Assembly: GCF_964194155.1 (NCBI RefSeq)
Contig: NC_135899.1
Span: forward strand, 80,290,001 to 80,354,000
Direction of reading: 5' to 3'
Length of the DNA: 64,000 nt
Source of the DNA: Cetorhinus maximus
Lineage: Eukaryota
The position numbers were made by a program, and so were the translations under genes. Of this stretch, positions 1 to 12,637 are shown piece after piece (position 1 is the first letter of the stretch; every line of letters starts with the position of its first letter). A model generated the notes under the pieces. The model was not told the DNA's origin. It was given only the letters and a program-made list of their open reading frames with translations, and did no database searches.

Positions 1-773
1 CCTTACACCATATGGACACGGTAACAGTAAATTCATATTTGGGGAAAGATTCAATATTTGCAACCCTGATAAACTGCGCAAGATTTTTACATTTTGTTGA
101 AGACAACAACGACTTTCTGCTGTCTGGGTGCATGATATTATTCAATATAATTATTTCATACAAGGAGTGTAATTGGATTCTATTTTATCAGAAATTGCAT
201 AGGGTAGAAAGATCAAATGACTCCTGAGCAACAGAGTGGAATGGTTGAACAACACAATTCACCGTCAGTGAGAAGCATTGGAGCCCTCTGTGCGATACAA
301 CTTTTAAGAAGCCACAGGGCAAAGACTGAATGGTTCACAATTGTATCTGTTTTCTTGATGAGCAAATCTGAAGACTCTGCCGATTGCTGCTTCTCACTAC
401 AAGATATTTTCAATATCTACTATGCATCATAACTTTATCATGGTATTTCAATACCTCAAAAAACTCATTAAAAGCACCAAGATAGACTGTGTTAATAGGC
501 AAGTAGACAAAAGGACAAGATTAAAGTCAATAAAAAAGACTGTTAAGAAGCATATGCAGGGTAAAACAGATTACCAATTCACTATGAGCCCACTATGCAC
601 TCCTGCCTTGGCAATTTCACCCCACAGTAAACTTTCATTAGCAACAAAATAAACATAACTCGAGACAAGATTATACCCGTTATTTGCAAGATAATTATGC
701 ACGACAAAGGCTATCTAGCACAGTTTATCTCATCCATCCAGAATGACATTCAAACATACGTATTAGGATCAGG

Positions 774-876
774 CTCTGAAGAAGAGTCATACGGACTCGA
801 AACTTTAATTCTGTTTCTCTCTTCACAAATGTTGCCAGATTTGTTGAGTTTTTCCAGCATTTTCTGTTTTTATATT
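774..876 (+). mobile_element. Short Penelope-like element 3' terminal fragment (pLTR) with a hammerhead motif
   Basis: CTGAAGAAGAGTCATACGGACTCGAAAC followed by ...GTTGCCAGATTTGTTGAGTTTTTCCAGC, homologous to the termini at 55030-55130 and 58330-58425. Degenerate flanking duplication gtattaggatcagg / gtattgggagcagg. Confidence 0.7.
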
Positions 877-1056
877 GTATTGGGAGCAGGAGAAGGTCAT
901 TTGGCCCCTCAAGCCTGCTCCACCATTTGATAACATTGCCTAAAGTCCACCAGGCGCTACAACTGAAAAGTACTTAATTGCCTGTAAAGCAATTTGGGAC
1001 ATTGTGAAAGATGCTGTATAAATGTAGGTTTTCTCTTTTTTTCATTACACCAGCAT

Positions 1057-1926
1057 TGTCAAGAAGATATAATAATTCTAATAATGTTATTGGAATTTAT
1101 TGTAAAATAGAGTAATAGTGGGATGTGTCTATGTGCATGTATGAGATTTAATTGAATTAGAGGCAGCTAGTCTGGATGCTTTGATCTAAGAGAGGGTAGG
1201 TTTGAAATATTAATTAGATAAACATGGGGAAGATTAGAAACATAGGTGTCAAGGGCACATCTGCATTTCAAAATAAACCAGACTAGATTGTTTTCAAAGG
1301 AGGGGTGAAGTGCGTCACCTAGCCAGGTGAAGTTTATTTTCCCAAAGATTACTGGTAAAACCTAGTGTTATGGTTTTATTACCAGGGAGATAAAGTCCAA
1401 AGACATCCTGAAACAATGGGTATTTGCATTCAAAGAGGAAGATATGTATAAAGAAGGAGCAAGGGCTGTGCGTAAGAGAGGGCATTTTTAAGATCTTACA
1501 AGTGTGTGAAAAGCCTTCAGCATCTGTGCCTCAAGCTGCAAGTCTTCAAAGGGCTGAAGTTAAGAAAACTCACTTGGAAATTGATGCTCAGGGTATCATG
1601 TTTCTTTGTCTGGGTCTTTTAAAATCTATGTGCCTTACTGTTGCCTTAACGAAAGTGCAATTGGGAGTTAGATTGATTAGGGGGGTTAGAAGTTATCAGT
1701 AGTAATTTGTAGATTAATGTATTTATGTATTTAAAATTATTTCTCTTATTAATAAATGTTTAATCTAGTTTTATAAAAACCTACAAAACTTGGTGGTCTT
1801 ATTACAACTGAATTCAAGGCGCGCATCTTGAAATTTATACAAATTGAAAATTAATTGTGACAGTTGTTTCAAGTTTCCCTCTGGTATTTGAACAGCTCGG
1901 CATTTACCATCTGCTGTGTCATAACA
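1057..1926 (+). mobile_element. Solo LTR related to the Gmr1/Gypsy LTRs at 21681 and 28007
   Basis: Starts TGTCAAGAAGATATAATAAT and ends TGTGTCATAACA (TG...CA). 5-bp TSD AGCAT at 1052-1056 and 1927-1931. Colinear with the LTR at 21681-22532. Confidence 0.92.
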
Positions 1927-3019
1927 AGCATGCAGGAGGCAGAGTGACAGGAGCAATGGTGAAATTGGAGGCCCAATGCTAGTCTTTAAGGGTAATTAAT
2001 CACAGAGCAATCAACTGATGCTGGGAAAGTGGCCACAAAGAAATCACTACATTTACAAAACAATTCAACTCTGTAGCTAATACAACCTTACCATGCTGAC
2101 TTCATGGTGTGAACCCACTGTTGTACACTTGTATTGTACACTGTGAATTTACAGCCTATTCACAGGTTCCATATGATGTTGCATTACCTTTGCACTAAAT
2201 AAATTTGTAAATAGTATTATTTTTAAATTGAGGTAAGAGAGGAATTGGCAAGTTAAGTAGAAAATTGTAATTAATAAATAAGAAACTCCAACAGCAAAAA
2301 TAGTGTGTGACAGCAAAACCTCGAGATAAATCATTTCTAGAAGCACTTAAGTCATAGAATTGGGTTTCTATAAAGACCCCTTACGTTAAAAGCCCTTTAT
2401 GCTGTTTCTCTGGGATTTCAATGGATTTTTTTTTACTGAAGTTGCAATGGAAGATTGGGAGACCCCCAGAGAAATTTTGGTCCCACAGTGTGACCACCTT
2501 CTGCTAGATTTTAAATAGAATGGTGCAGGGTGAGATGAACCTTGGATAGAGTAGAGATTTGTAAAACCTTTAAGCAATCTCTTAGTGACAAATCAGGATT
2601 TCATTCCCAGACTTTGCAAGAGTAATAAAACGGGTGATAGTGAGTCAACACCCTGTTTTACATCACTCCCAGTTTTCAGTTTATTACATTTATTTTTATG
2701 AAGCTCAAGATTCTCATGCCTCTGGTACATCAACACAGCATTTCATCAGAACTGTATCTACTAATAAAAAATTAGACTGCAATTATATGCTGGTTTAAAT
2801 TCAAAAGAGAATATTGAAAATGTATTGTATTTGATTTCATAGTACGAAATCATAAAAGTGACCGCCCCATCCTCAAATTCCCATCCAACATCCTCTCCAA
2901 CCACTCACCCACCCAACCCCTGACCTCCCCCAATCCTCCGGTGTTTGGCATCGTCTGTACCCCACTTTCCCAGGCTCTGATACCACTATTTTCATTTAAT
3001 GGGAAAAGCTTATAATAGG

Positions 3020-3480
3020 ATGTCTAATTTAGGCTGTCCGCTTGACAGCCTCCTGGGAGAAATGAGGTACCTCCCACAACAGGTCTTAATGAGTATATTG
3101 ATATGATGTGTCCCACAGTCTGGGACTCAGAGCTATTTTTGCACTTTGCTTGTTCCCTCATCTTTCACCTGTGGAGCAGATGACTGAATTATCCATACCC
3201 TGTGCAGATTCAGTTGAGCACTGTCCAGTGTCTACAAGGGAGGTCCAAGTCAGGCCCTCTGCTGTTGGTTCAGCAATGAGCTATTGGTACATGTGACCCA
3301 TGATTCCATCCTCTGGAGACTGGGTTGATACCAGCTGCATGAATATTGACAGCTGTTTCCCAGAATGGCCAGTGCAATTTTAAATCCTTAAATGGCGGGC
3401 AACAACACATGGTTTCCTGTATGTGTGTCAGTTTATTGAGGGCTTGTCACTAAAGCCCATGGCCTAACTATCTTGAGCTG
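3020..3480 (-). mobile_element. Degenerate LINE 3' fragment (probably Ingi/Vingi-like), related to 32575-33500
   Basis: Shares blocks with 32660-32980 (ctgtccagtgtct..gggagg, cccagaat.ggc). Minus strand reads QTVGHII, resembling a C-terminal zinc-knuckle region. Boundaries approximate. Confidence 0.45.
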
Positions 3481-4255
3481 CTTCAATGATCTTTGCTCCA
3501 ATGTAGAGGATTGGGCTGATCAGTGACAAGTAACGTTCATATCAGGCAATCCCCATCTCCGACAAGAGAGCCTAACCACCCCACCTTAGCATTCAATGGT
3601 ATTACCATTGCCAAATCCTGAATGAACAAAACCCTGAGGATCACCATTGGCCAGAAGTTTAATTGGCCCAGCACATAATTGCCATGGCTACTTCAGCAGT
3701 TCAGGGGTTGGGTATTTTGCAACGTGAGACTTGCCTCCTGCCCTCTCTCCATCCCCCAAAAGTTCCTTCACCGCCATCAAGGTACAAGTCAAGAGTGTGA
3801 TGGAATACTCTCCACTTGCCTGGTTAGGCACAGCTGTAACAATGCTCAAGAAGCTCAGCAGCACACAAGATAAATCATTGCACTAGCTTAACATCCATTC
3901 CAACTATCACCAATGCACTGTGGCTGCAGTGTGCATTGTTGAAAGGTGCACTGTTGCCGCAGGCTTTCTTGGCAGCATTTCCTAAACCCCAACCCTCCAA
4001 TACCCAGAATGAAAATGGCAGGAGCTGTATGGGATCACCATCACACACCACCCCAACTTGGAGATATAGAAGCTGTTCCTTCATCCTCATTGGGTCAAAA
4101 TCATGGAAGTCTTTACCTAACAGCATTATGGGAATATCCATCACACAGATTGCAGTAGTTCAAGAAGGTGGCTCACCACCACCTTCTCAAGTGAAATTAG
4201 GGATGGGCAATAAATGTCAGCCTTCCCAGCAACACTCATCCCAAGAATGAATTTT
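3480..4255 (+). mobile_element. Degenerate CR1/L2-group LINE 3' region
   Basis: Remnants like YKxQVxSVMEYSPLAW, and a tail GGGCAATAAATG...CATCCCA.GAATGAA shared with 11890-12225, 38970-39250 and 39760-39900. Confidence 0.6.
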
Positions 4256-4879
4256 TAGATTTTAACATTCCAGGCAACAAGAAAAACTTTTTAAAGAAAT
4301 AGTTCCTGTGGAAAATGGGCATCATTCAAACCATACGCAGGATAGACAAGTGGGGAGTGTGGGGTAATTGCAACGCATTAGAGGATATGACGGAATTGTT
4401 TATTTCCGAGGATGCACTTATCGTGGCTGTGACACAGTTAATTAAGACTCGAGAGAAATCAATTTCTGCACTGTCATCACACTCATTGCCTTTAATGAGC
4501 ATAACATCATCTCACAGCAGCAGAGGCTGTACGACACAGAAATGCATAGGGACAATGCTGGAGGAACCCTCTGTATTTAGCAGAACTAAGGTCCAAGCAC
4601 AACCCATTCTGCTTCCATTGATCTGTGGGTGATAGCTCCAGCTTTGGATCTCTCTCATCCCCATGTAATTAAATTGTTCATCTCAATCCTTGGACTGAAT
4701 GCGTGTTTATTTCCATGCCTCCAAGAAAGTCAGTACTTGAAAACTGCAGGATCTATCCTATTTTAATCTTACTGTAGGAGCTGTTCAATGTGTCCCTGCC
4801 CAAATTCCACCCCACCTGTGTCAGATCTATACATTCCAAAAGACTGTTTCAGGCTCTCAATGAATACCTCTGAACAGGA

Positions 4880-5160
4880 GGAAGATCAGAGGTGCAGTCT
4901 TTTGGAGGAGAGATTAAACTGGTCCCTCAGGTAGACAATGAAGAGTTCTCCTGATGTCCTCGCCAACCTTCATGCTTCAACTAACATCTAAAACAGATGA
5001 TCTCATTGCTGTGTGTGGGAACTTGCTGTCGGCAAATTGGCTGCCATATTTCCCTACGTTACAACAGCGACTACATTTTAAAAGTATTAACCGTAAAGCA
5101 ATTTGCAATGCCAAGAGGTTGTGAAAGGTGCTTTATCAATGCAAGTTTTCTTCCTTTTCC
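4880..5160 (+). mobile_element. Deu-domain SINE fragment (SacSINE1-like)
   Basis: Homologous to the core and tail of the SINEs at 45370-45757 and 55350-56700. Confidence 0.55.
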
Positions 5161-5556
5161 ATTCCCACCTTCTTCATCAGTACTGACACCAGGATTTTAC
5201 TGAGATGCAACAGCAGTGCAAGAAATTCCTACTTGAACTGCCTTCAGGACTACAGAGTGTACGTCAGCAGCTGTGGATTCAATCAGACAACCTCAATGTC
5301 CTATTAGCTACCTTAGCAAATAATTCAGACCTATCCATTCCCCTCAGAACCAAACTCTAATGCAGTACATTCTGATCCAGGTCCCAGTTCCACAGTCCTC
5401 TTCAGGGCTTTTAAGCAAAATCCCTCGAGTGAAATCTCAAAACAGTAAAATATTCATACCTTTAACCAAACCAGCTGAGAAAACCTGACCAACTGAAGGT
5501 GTTAATTACCAGAAATTAAACTAAAGCTCCCAACATCTGCATCAGTGCAAATGCCA

Positions 5557-5988
5557 ATGGATAGACAGAGGGTATGCCACTCACAGTAATCTGTCAATGG
5601 ATAGACTGAGGGTTAGCATTCACAGTTGTCTGTCAATGGTTAGACTGAGGGTACACCACTCATAGTAATGGATAGGCCAAGGGTACACCACTCTCAGTAA
5701 TCTGTCAATGGATAGATTGAGGGTACACCACTCACAGCTGTCTGTCAATGGGTAGACTGAGGGTATACCACTCACAGTAATCTGTCAGTGGATAGACCAA
5801 GGGTACACTACTCACAGCAGTCTGTCAACGGATAGATTGAGGGTACATCACTCACAGCAATCTGTCAATGGATAGACTAAGGGTACACCACTCACAGCAA
5901 TTTGTCAATGGATAGATTGAGGGTGCACCACTCACAGCCATTTGTCAATGGATAGATTGAGGGTACACCACTCTCAGTAATCTGTCAA
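5557..5988. repeat. 40-bp minisatellite, about 11 copies
   Basis: Unit ATGGATAGA(C/T)TGAGGGTACACCACTCACAG(T/C)AATCTGTCA repeated head-to-tail with point changes and one shortened unit. Confidence 0.95.
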
Positions 5989-7379
5989 CCAGTAGCCTGT
6001 GGGGACAATACCCACCCAGCACTATGCTTTCTGCATGTGACCCTGTTCAAAACCCTTTCACTCGTACATTCTTTACTATGACTGCCAGGATACAGGTTTG
6101 TTCATTAACTGGGTACAACTGAAGTTCATTGGAAATCTTATAAATAATACTTATTTGATGTATAAAATCAGCAAAATCTTCAGACCCTGCCATCACTGAA
6201 TGTTTTCATTCCTAAACTGAAAATAATATATACTTAGGGCGGCTTCAAACACTCCAAATATGTGGTGTGGATTTGCTGCAGTCCTCCCCCACAGCCAACT
6301 CTGTCTCTCGCAAAACACACAATTTTAAGACTGTCTTTAGCTCTAAGCTACTAATTATACTAAAGCTCAGCATTAGACACATTACAAAAATACAACCAGC
6401 TTCTCCACACACAATATTTAGAATCCCAAAAAATGAATGTTCTTGATTAAATGCATCCAAGATCAAAGTTGAGGCAGAAAAACTTTTGAAAGCACTTGAG
6501 GGATTAAGTCAGTGAGAAAGTGGTGTGTGGGACTGTGACCTACAGAGAGCGCCTGGTGTAAGATTTAGCCCTGAGGGCTGAGACATGAGAACTGGAGCAG
6601 AGATGGAATGACACACATGCAGATCTCTCCGTCAGTGTCAGAGTGCCAGTGACTTTGCCTGTGCTCTCTCTCCTATAATCCACATCTCACTGAAAAGCAA
6701 ATGGAAGTTGTTGATGTGGAGCTTGTCCCTGTCAGATTGAGGGCTGTGTGATATCAGCCTCAGATTAGAGAAAACATGAAATGTATCACATCAGTAAAAG
6801 AAAATATAGACCGGCTCAGAAAAATCATCTCAAGCTCAAACATGAATCTTTCTTCACTTGTTTGGTCCTGTGTATTTCTTCTGCGTTTCCTGGTATTTAG
6901 ATGGAAATCAGCTCCTGGTTGGTTCTTGTGGGGGAGAAAAATCTTTCCCCCGTGCCATCAGTGCAATAAATGGAAAAACAGTCACACAATTCCTCCAGTT
7001 ACTGTAAGGGAGGGTAAGTGCCACACCTATCTACGCTACTGATAAGGAGCAGGTGCAGTCAGTTATGATATACTAGACAAAGCCTGCAGAATATAGCAAA
7101 CAGAAACCAGCTTGAATTATTCTGTAAAATACCAGAGAGTTCCACCATCAAAAGCTCTTATCCTTCTGCAAACGCAGTGGTGCTTTGTACCTGAACGAAC
7201 CTGTCAAACTCTGGCCCGACAGATCCAGGAAATAACCAGGAGTTACTCCCACCACAACAAAGAGCATTGCTACACTCCAGAAACATAAAATAACAAAAGC
7301 TGTGTGAGTCAGCAGCACAATCTTGATAACTAACAGTAACAATCAGTATATACTCATCAGATGTGGGGTGCCTTTGGCA

Positions 7380-8080
7380 TTGCTGTATGTGGCACAAATC
7401 TGGTTCACTTACCACTCCTCAAACACTCAAGCTATCTTCCAATTTATCTGGAGATTGAAAATGGACCACGTTTGCAGGGACATCGTGTATAAACTTCTAA
7501 AGGGAAAAATGTACTCAACTTCACCTTCATCCTGATGGCCACTTTTGAGTGGATGCATCAAGCTGTCTGTAGGCTCTTGGAATGCAACCACCAAATGTTA
7601 CTATCTGCTGATATTCTGTCTGTCCCTGGTATTGTGAGGATGGGTCTGGATACGTTGCTGCGGAATGCTCCGTTCAGTTGGATTGTGCGGTACCACCTGT
7701 CCATCATGGAAAAGTTTGCACAGTAAAACATCTTTGATCGTAAGTCCACCCGCCAGTAGTAGGTACATAACATCCTCGAGGATGGACAACAAAATGGTGG
7801 ACCCTGTCAGATGGCTCCCTGAGCAACCGCCAATCACTTGACAGAATGCCTCATCACCAGAACCTTATAACAAGCACCAAGACACAGCTTGGCAGGTGGT
7901 GAGAAGGAACCTCCCTGGCAGATCCTTCACACACACCGAGAGTCTCTGAGCCACCATATACAGCCCTTGAGGCGGCTGCATATGGAAGAGACCGGGGTCC
8001 ACCTCCTTCTGGAACGTGCCTTTGCAAAGAAGGTTTAGTTTTTGTCGAAGTTCATCCCAAGCAGTTCTGAAATGGAGGTT
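7380..8080 (+). mobile_element. L1/Tx1-like LINE fragment (ORF2 C-terminal region, degenerate)
   Basis: Remnant AIFQFIWRLKMDHVCRDIVYK; clear homology to 53320-53470. Confidence 0.6.
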
Positions 8081-8149
8081 ATACGTACCAGAGGATGTTT
8101 AACATTGTCAATATAACGTATAATTGTAGACGTAGTGAGGAATCTCAAA

Positions 8150-8942
8150 GTGCCACATCTTCTTCTTAGGCAGTCCCTCAGGACTGAGGATGACTTTCTT
8201 CAAATTTGGGGTTGTGGGTCCTAACATGACTAAAAAGTTCAACGCTGGAGCCACACATCCTGCCACAGGTGGGGCAGGTAATCTTTGAGGAGGTGGGTGG
8301 TAGGATGCGTGGATTCTGGCATGATCCTTCCACTGTTTGCACCTAGTCTCCACCTGGGCTTGTCAGGGATGCTCGAAATGGTTGGCACATTCGCGGATAC
8401 TTCTTCTCCAGTTTGGACGGTCTCAAGCAAGAGATTCCCACATATCAGCGGGGATGTTGCATTTTTCAGGGAAGCTTTAAGGACGTCCCTGAAATGCTTC
8501 CTCTGCCCTCCTGGTAACTGCTTGCCGTGACGAAGCTCAGAGTAGAGAGCTTGTTTTGGGAGTCTTGTGTCAGACATGCAGATAATGTAACCAATTAGCC
8601 ATAACCAGTGCCTCGACACTGGGATGTTGGCCTGAGAGAGGACACTGCTATTGGAGTGCCTATCCTGCCATTGAATTTACAGGATTTTGTGGAGGCATCG
8701 CTGGTGCTATTTCTCCAGGAAGTTAAGGTATCTGCTATACATTGCCCATGTCTCTGGTGCATACAAGGGGGGAGTAGCACTGCAGCCCTATAGACCATGA
8801 GCTTGGTGCCAGGTATCAGGTCTTTGTCATCAAACACTTTTTTCCTCAGTCGGCCGAAGGCTGCACTGGCACACTGGAGGCAATATTGAGTTTCTGTCTT
8901 TGTTGAGAGGATGTTCCCAAGATATGAGAAATGATCCACGTT
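8150..8942 (-). mobile_element. RTE-clade LINE fragment (RT C-terminus, frameshifted)
   Basis: DHFSYLGNILS...ASAAFGRLRKKVF...TKLMVYRAAVL and RLPKQALYSELRHGKQLPGGQRKHFRDVLKASLK are typical RTE/BovB ORF motifs. Confidence 0.85.
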
Positions 8943-10349
8943 GTACTGAACTATATTTCACTGTGAAATGTCAAATTTGAGCTGTTGTGTAATCATAAAA
9001 TTTGCAAGAGTATGTTAAAGTACATTGTTTGAGAAAAAAAGTCTAAGGAGCAATGCCTGGTCCTGAACAGCTTAATCAAAACAAGACAGAACAAGACGCG
9101 ACCAACTCAAACATACCAGCTCCTCCCTAACCCATTCCCCACTCATTAATCCTGTTCATTGAGGGTGAAGACTGAAATAGTCACTGAAACCCAGTGGCCA
9201 TGCACACAGAAACACACCACACACTCAAGGAAGGCAGGTTCAGGAGACAGACGCACCCAAAGCGGTTTCGCCAGTGCCAATGCTGATCGCATCAGCTGTC
9301 TTCAGTGCTGTTCAGTCATTCCTCCAATACAACCTCAGGCCCCTTTAGGCTACAAAGATATTACCACCCAATACTCCACCACAAATGTGCTTTAATCTGA
9401 AGTTTAGTACATTTTGGAGTCAGAGAAGCATTTTGCTAACTTGCACCAGGTGCTGCTCATTCTTTCCTTAATCAAACAAGTCACACTCTGGGTCCCAGTC
9501 ATGGTCTTGGGGCTACCACAATAACTCCCAACATTCCTGCTCTGCTAACCCCCACAGCAGAACTAGCTACATCTCAGACCCAACATTCCTTTGGGAATGG
9601 CCAGAGTGTTAGGTGGGGGCGGCAGCATCAACATATGAGATAGACAACAGATGTGTATATGTTGGAATCCTGCACAAACGGTAATCCACTGTACAAAATG
9701 GGACACAGCACAGAGTATAACACATAGTATGCAAGAGTGTAATCCTTGGCTTTGACAGGCCCGTGTTTGATTTCATACATGCTCTTGCAATTAGTACTAT
9801 CATGTTGCTGGCACACAGAAACTAACTTATCATTTGGTTGTTCAAATTCACGAACAGCAGGTTACAATATGCCCTTGCATTAATTCACAAGAGTCACCTT
9901 CAACTGACTGTCAGGGGTGGTCTGCTGGAACGTAACACTGTGTTCAGAAAGAACATACAAACATTACTAATGATGTGAGTGTTGTTTAGTGTGGCAGAGG
10001 ACAGAATTACGTCAGTAGGAGGTTGACGTACAAATACATGAGATAACATAGGTTTCTCTCTTATGTTCCTATTCACTGGTTGGCAGATGATCTCCATTTG
10101 TACTAAAATATCAGTTGAGAGAGGCAGATGGATGTGGGAGTATGAGCCACTCCAAGCATACAGCCAAACAATTCAGTCATTCATTGCAAATCCCACTCCA
10201 GTATCCTGGGTCTGGGCATGCTTTAACAGTTTGAGACCCAATTAAAAACATCCCTATCCAAAATCCAGATGACAGGATAGACACAGCAGCAACTGGCAGA
10301 AAGGGGGCAAAGGGGAGAGGGGTCAAAGGGAGAGGGGTCATAGGGAGAA

Positions 10350-11025
10350 CTATGACAAGCCTTTGTCAAGAACAAAATTAATCCTTATTTGGAGAAGCAT
10401 GGGTAAAGAGACAGCCAGCATGGGTTTGTTAAAATCAAATCATGTCTGGCTAACCTAATTGAGTTTTTTGAGGAAATAACAGAGAGGGTTAATGAAGGCA
10501 GTACAGTACATGTAAATAATTGCCAAAAGGACTACAGAAAAAATGTAAATTTATTTTCACACAGATGTTTACGATCTGAAACGCACTACTCGAGTGGCAG
10601 AACTGCATTACATAACTATTAAAAGGCAAGTGGGCATAAGGAAGAGGAATGGCTTGAAAATAATGCAACAACATAAGAAACAGGAGCAGGGGTAGACCAT
10701 ATGGCCCAATGAGCCTGCTCTGCCATTCAATACAGTACGAACAAGGCTGAGTTTGGGCTTCAACTCCACTTTCCCACCTGCTCCTCATATCCCTTGACTC
10801 TCCCAGAAACCAAAAATCTGTCTATCCCAGCCTTTAATATAGTTAACAATGGAACATCCACAACCGTCTGGGATAGAGAATTCCAAAGATTCACAACCTT
10901 TGGAGTGAAGTAATTTCTCCTCATCCCAGCCTTAAGTGATTGGCCCCTTACCCTGAGACTGTGCTCCCGGGAGCTGGCAAAGACATGATGGGCCGAATGG
11001 TCTCTTCCTGTGATGTAAGATTCCG
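10350..11025. mobile_element. CR1 LINE fragments (RT piece on +, 3' tail on -)
   Basis: QHGFVKIKSCLANLIEFFEEIT (CR1 RT) at ~10415-10485; CR1 3' tail in reverse at ~10670-10965. Confidence 0.7.
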
Positions 11026-11164
11026 TGCACCGAGTGAGACACAGAACAGGACAGGACCGGACAGGATAGGATAGGATTATCCCTACTCCTACATCTCACC
11101 CCACTCATCTTCACCAGCATCCCCCCACCCAACCCAACCCAACCCCCTCACCCCAGTCACTCAC

Positions 11165-11411
11165 CCAGTTTCAGGACAGAGGCCAGCAGGATCCACAACG
11201 CCACAACGAACGGGGGCCTGACATGAGAGAAGTCGATGGTCACCACCGGGAAGGCCTTAATGCTCTTGTTGCGGACTTGCCCATTTCCCTGGGTGGTAGT
11301 CTCGTTCCCCTGCTCCTGCGCTACCTGGGCCGAGACGACGGCACCTGAGTACAGGGTCAGCAGCATCAGGGAGCCGAGCAGTAGGCTCGGAAGGCAGCAG
11401 CGGGGATACAT
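11165..11411 (-). CDS. SLC9A1: Na+/H+ exchanger NHE1-like, coding exon 1 (signal/TM segment, extracellular loop, next TM). The rest of the gene lies left of the window.
   Basis: ATG at 11411. [32 protein letters not shown] aligns with NHE1 [32 protein letters not shown]. Phase-1 donor G|GTGAGT after 11165. N-glycosylation sequons NET and NKS. SYTL1 is a near neighbour, as in mammals. Orthologue versus paralogue not resolved. Confidence 0.85.
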
Positions 11412-11700
11412 CAGGACCGGAGCGGGGAATCACCACAAGCAACACTAGAAACCCGACCGCCACCTGACAGCAGAGCCGACAACTGCACCAAGCGGCACTT
11501 TAGACCCGCCGCTCCGCCTCGGGAGGACGGCCCACATCCCACCACCTTGCTACAGCGCCACCTGCAGCACGGGAGGAACCCCCCCACCCCTCCAACCAAA
11601 AAAAAAAATCCAACTACAGCGCCACTTACAGACCTGGAGGACCAATCAAATCCCCGCCCGCCGCAGCGTCACCTGCAGCATGAGAGGACCGAACTGTATT
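11412..11700 (-). promoter_or_regulatory. GC/CpG-rich 5' UTR and putative promoter of the SLC9A1-like gene
   Basis: Locally CpG-rich. GC box CCCCGCCC at ~11652, CCAAT at ~11642, repeated CAGCGCCACCTGCAG-like motifs. Confidence 0.55.
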
Positions 11701-12505
11701 CACTTCTGGGCACTGTACCTGGAGCTCAGCATGGATATATTGGCAGGGTTTGAAGTGGGTGCAGTACAGATTCACCAGAAAGATATTGAAAAGTAAAAGG
11801 TTAAATTATGAGGTCATCTTGCATACAGTAGGCTTGTATTCCCTTGTATAGAAGATTAAGGGGTAATCTAATTGAAGTGTTAAGGTGATTAAGAACTCAC
11901 CAAGGCTCCTCAGACAGCAACTTCCAAACCTACGGCCACTATCACCTAGAAGTACAAGGGCAGCAGAGGCATGGGAACACCACCATCTGGAAGTTCCCCT
12001 CCATGCCACACACCATCCTGACTTGGAAATATATTGCTGTTCTTTCACTGTTGCTGGGATAAAATCCAGGAACTCCTTCCCAAATAGCACTGTGGATGCA
12101 CCTACACCACAGCACAGCAGTTCAAGAAAGCAGCTCACCACCACCTTCTCAAGGGCAATTCGGAATGGGCAATAAATGCTGGCCTAGCCAGCGATGCCGA
12201 CATCCCATGAATGCATAAAAAAATGGAGTTAGGGTAGATAGAAATAAACTATGACCTCTGGCAGGGAGGAATTTTACGTAAAGGGTGGAGTAAATCTGAA
12301 ACTCTCTTCCCAAAGAGCTGTTGAGGGAAATTGAAAATTTCAAAATTCAGGTTGATAGATTTTTTTGTAGGCAAGGATAATTAAGGGTTGCGGAACCAAG
12401 ATGGGTAGATGGAGTTGAGATGCAAATCATCCATAATCTAATTGAATGGCAAAACTGGCTTGAGGTGGTGAATGGCTTTTTCCTGTTCTTATGTTCATAT
12501 GTTTC
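11690..12505 (+). mobile_element. CR1 LINE 3' end with an embedded LINE-tail fragment (~11890-12225)
   Basis: Degenerate CR1 C-terminal coding region and tail ...GAATGGCTTTTTCCTGTTCTTATGTTC. Confidence 0.65.
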
Positions 12506-12637
12506 TGAGATAAATTAGAGGCTAATTATTGTTATTGAGGAATTATTGGATCAAAGAAAGAACCAGAAAGGAAAACCTGCAAAGAGAGAACCAGGAGAAT
12601 CAAAAGAGCGGGAAATTAGGAAGAGAAAACTCCCCCT

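Noticed and set aside
5557-5988. Regular 40-bp array as a CRISPR array
   Set aside because: Units are contiguous with no unique spacers, there are no cas genes, and the context is a vertebrate intron.
1-11164. SLC9A1 exon 2 (FH...VPESCLLI...)
   Set aside because: No such peptide was seen in the ORF track or by eye; it probably lies beyond the left edge of the window.
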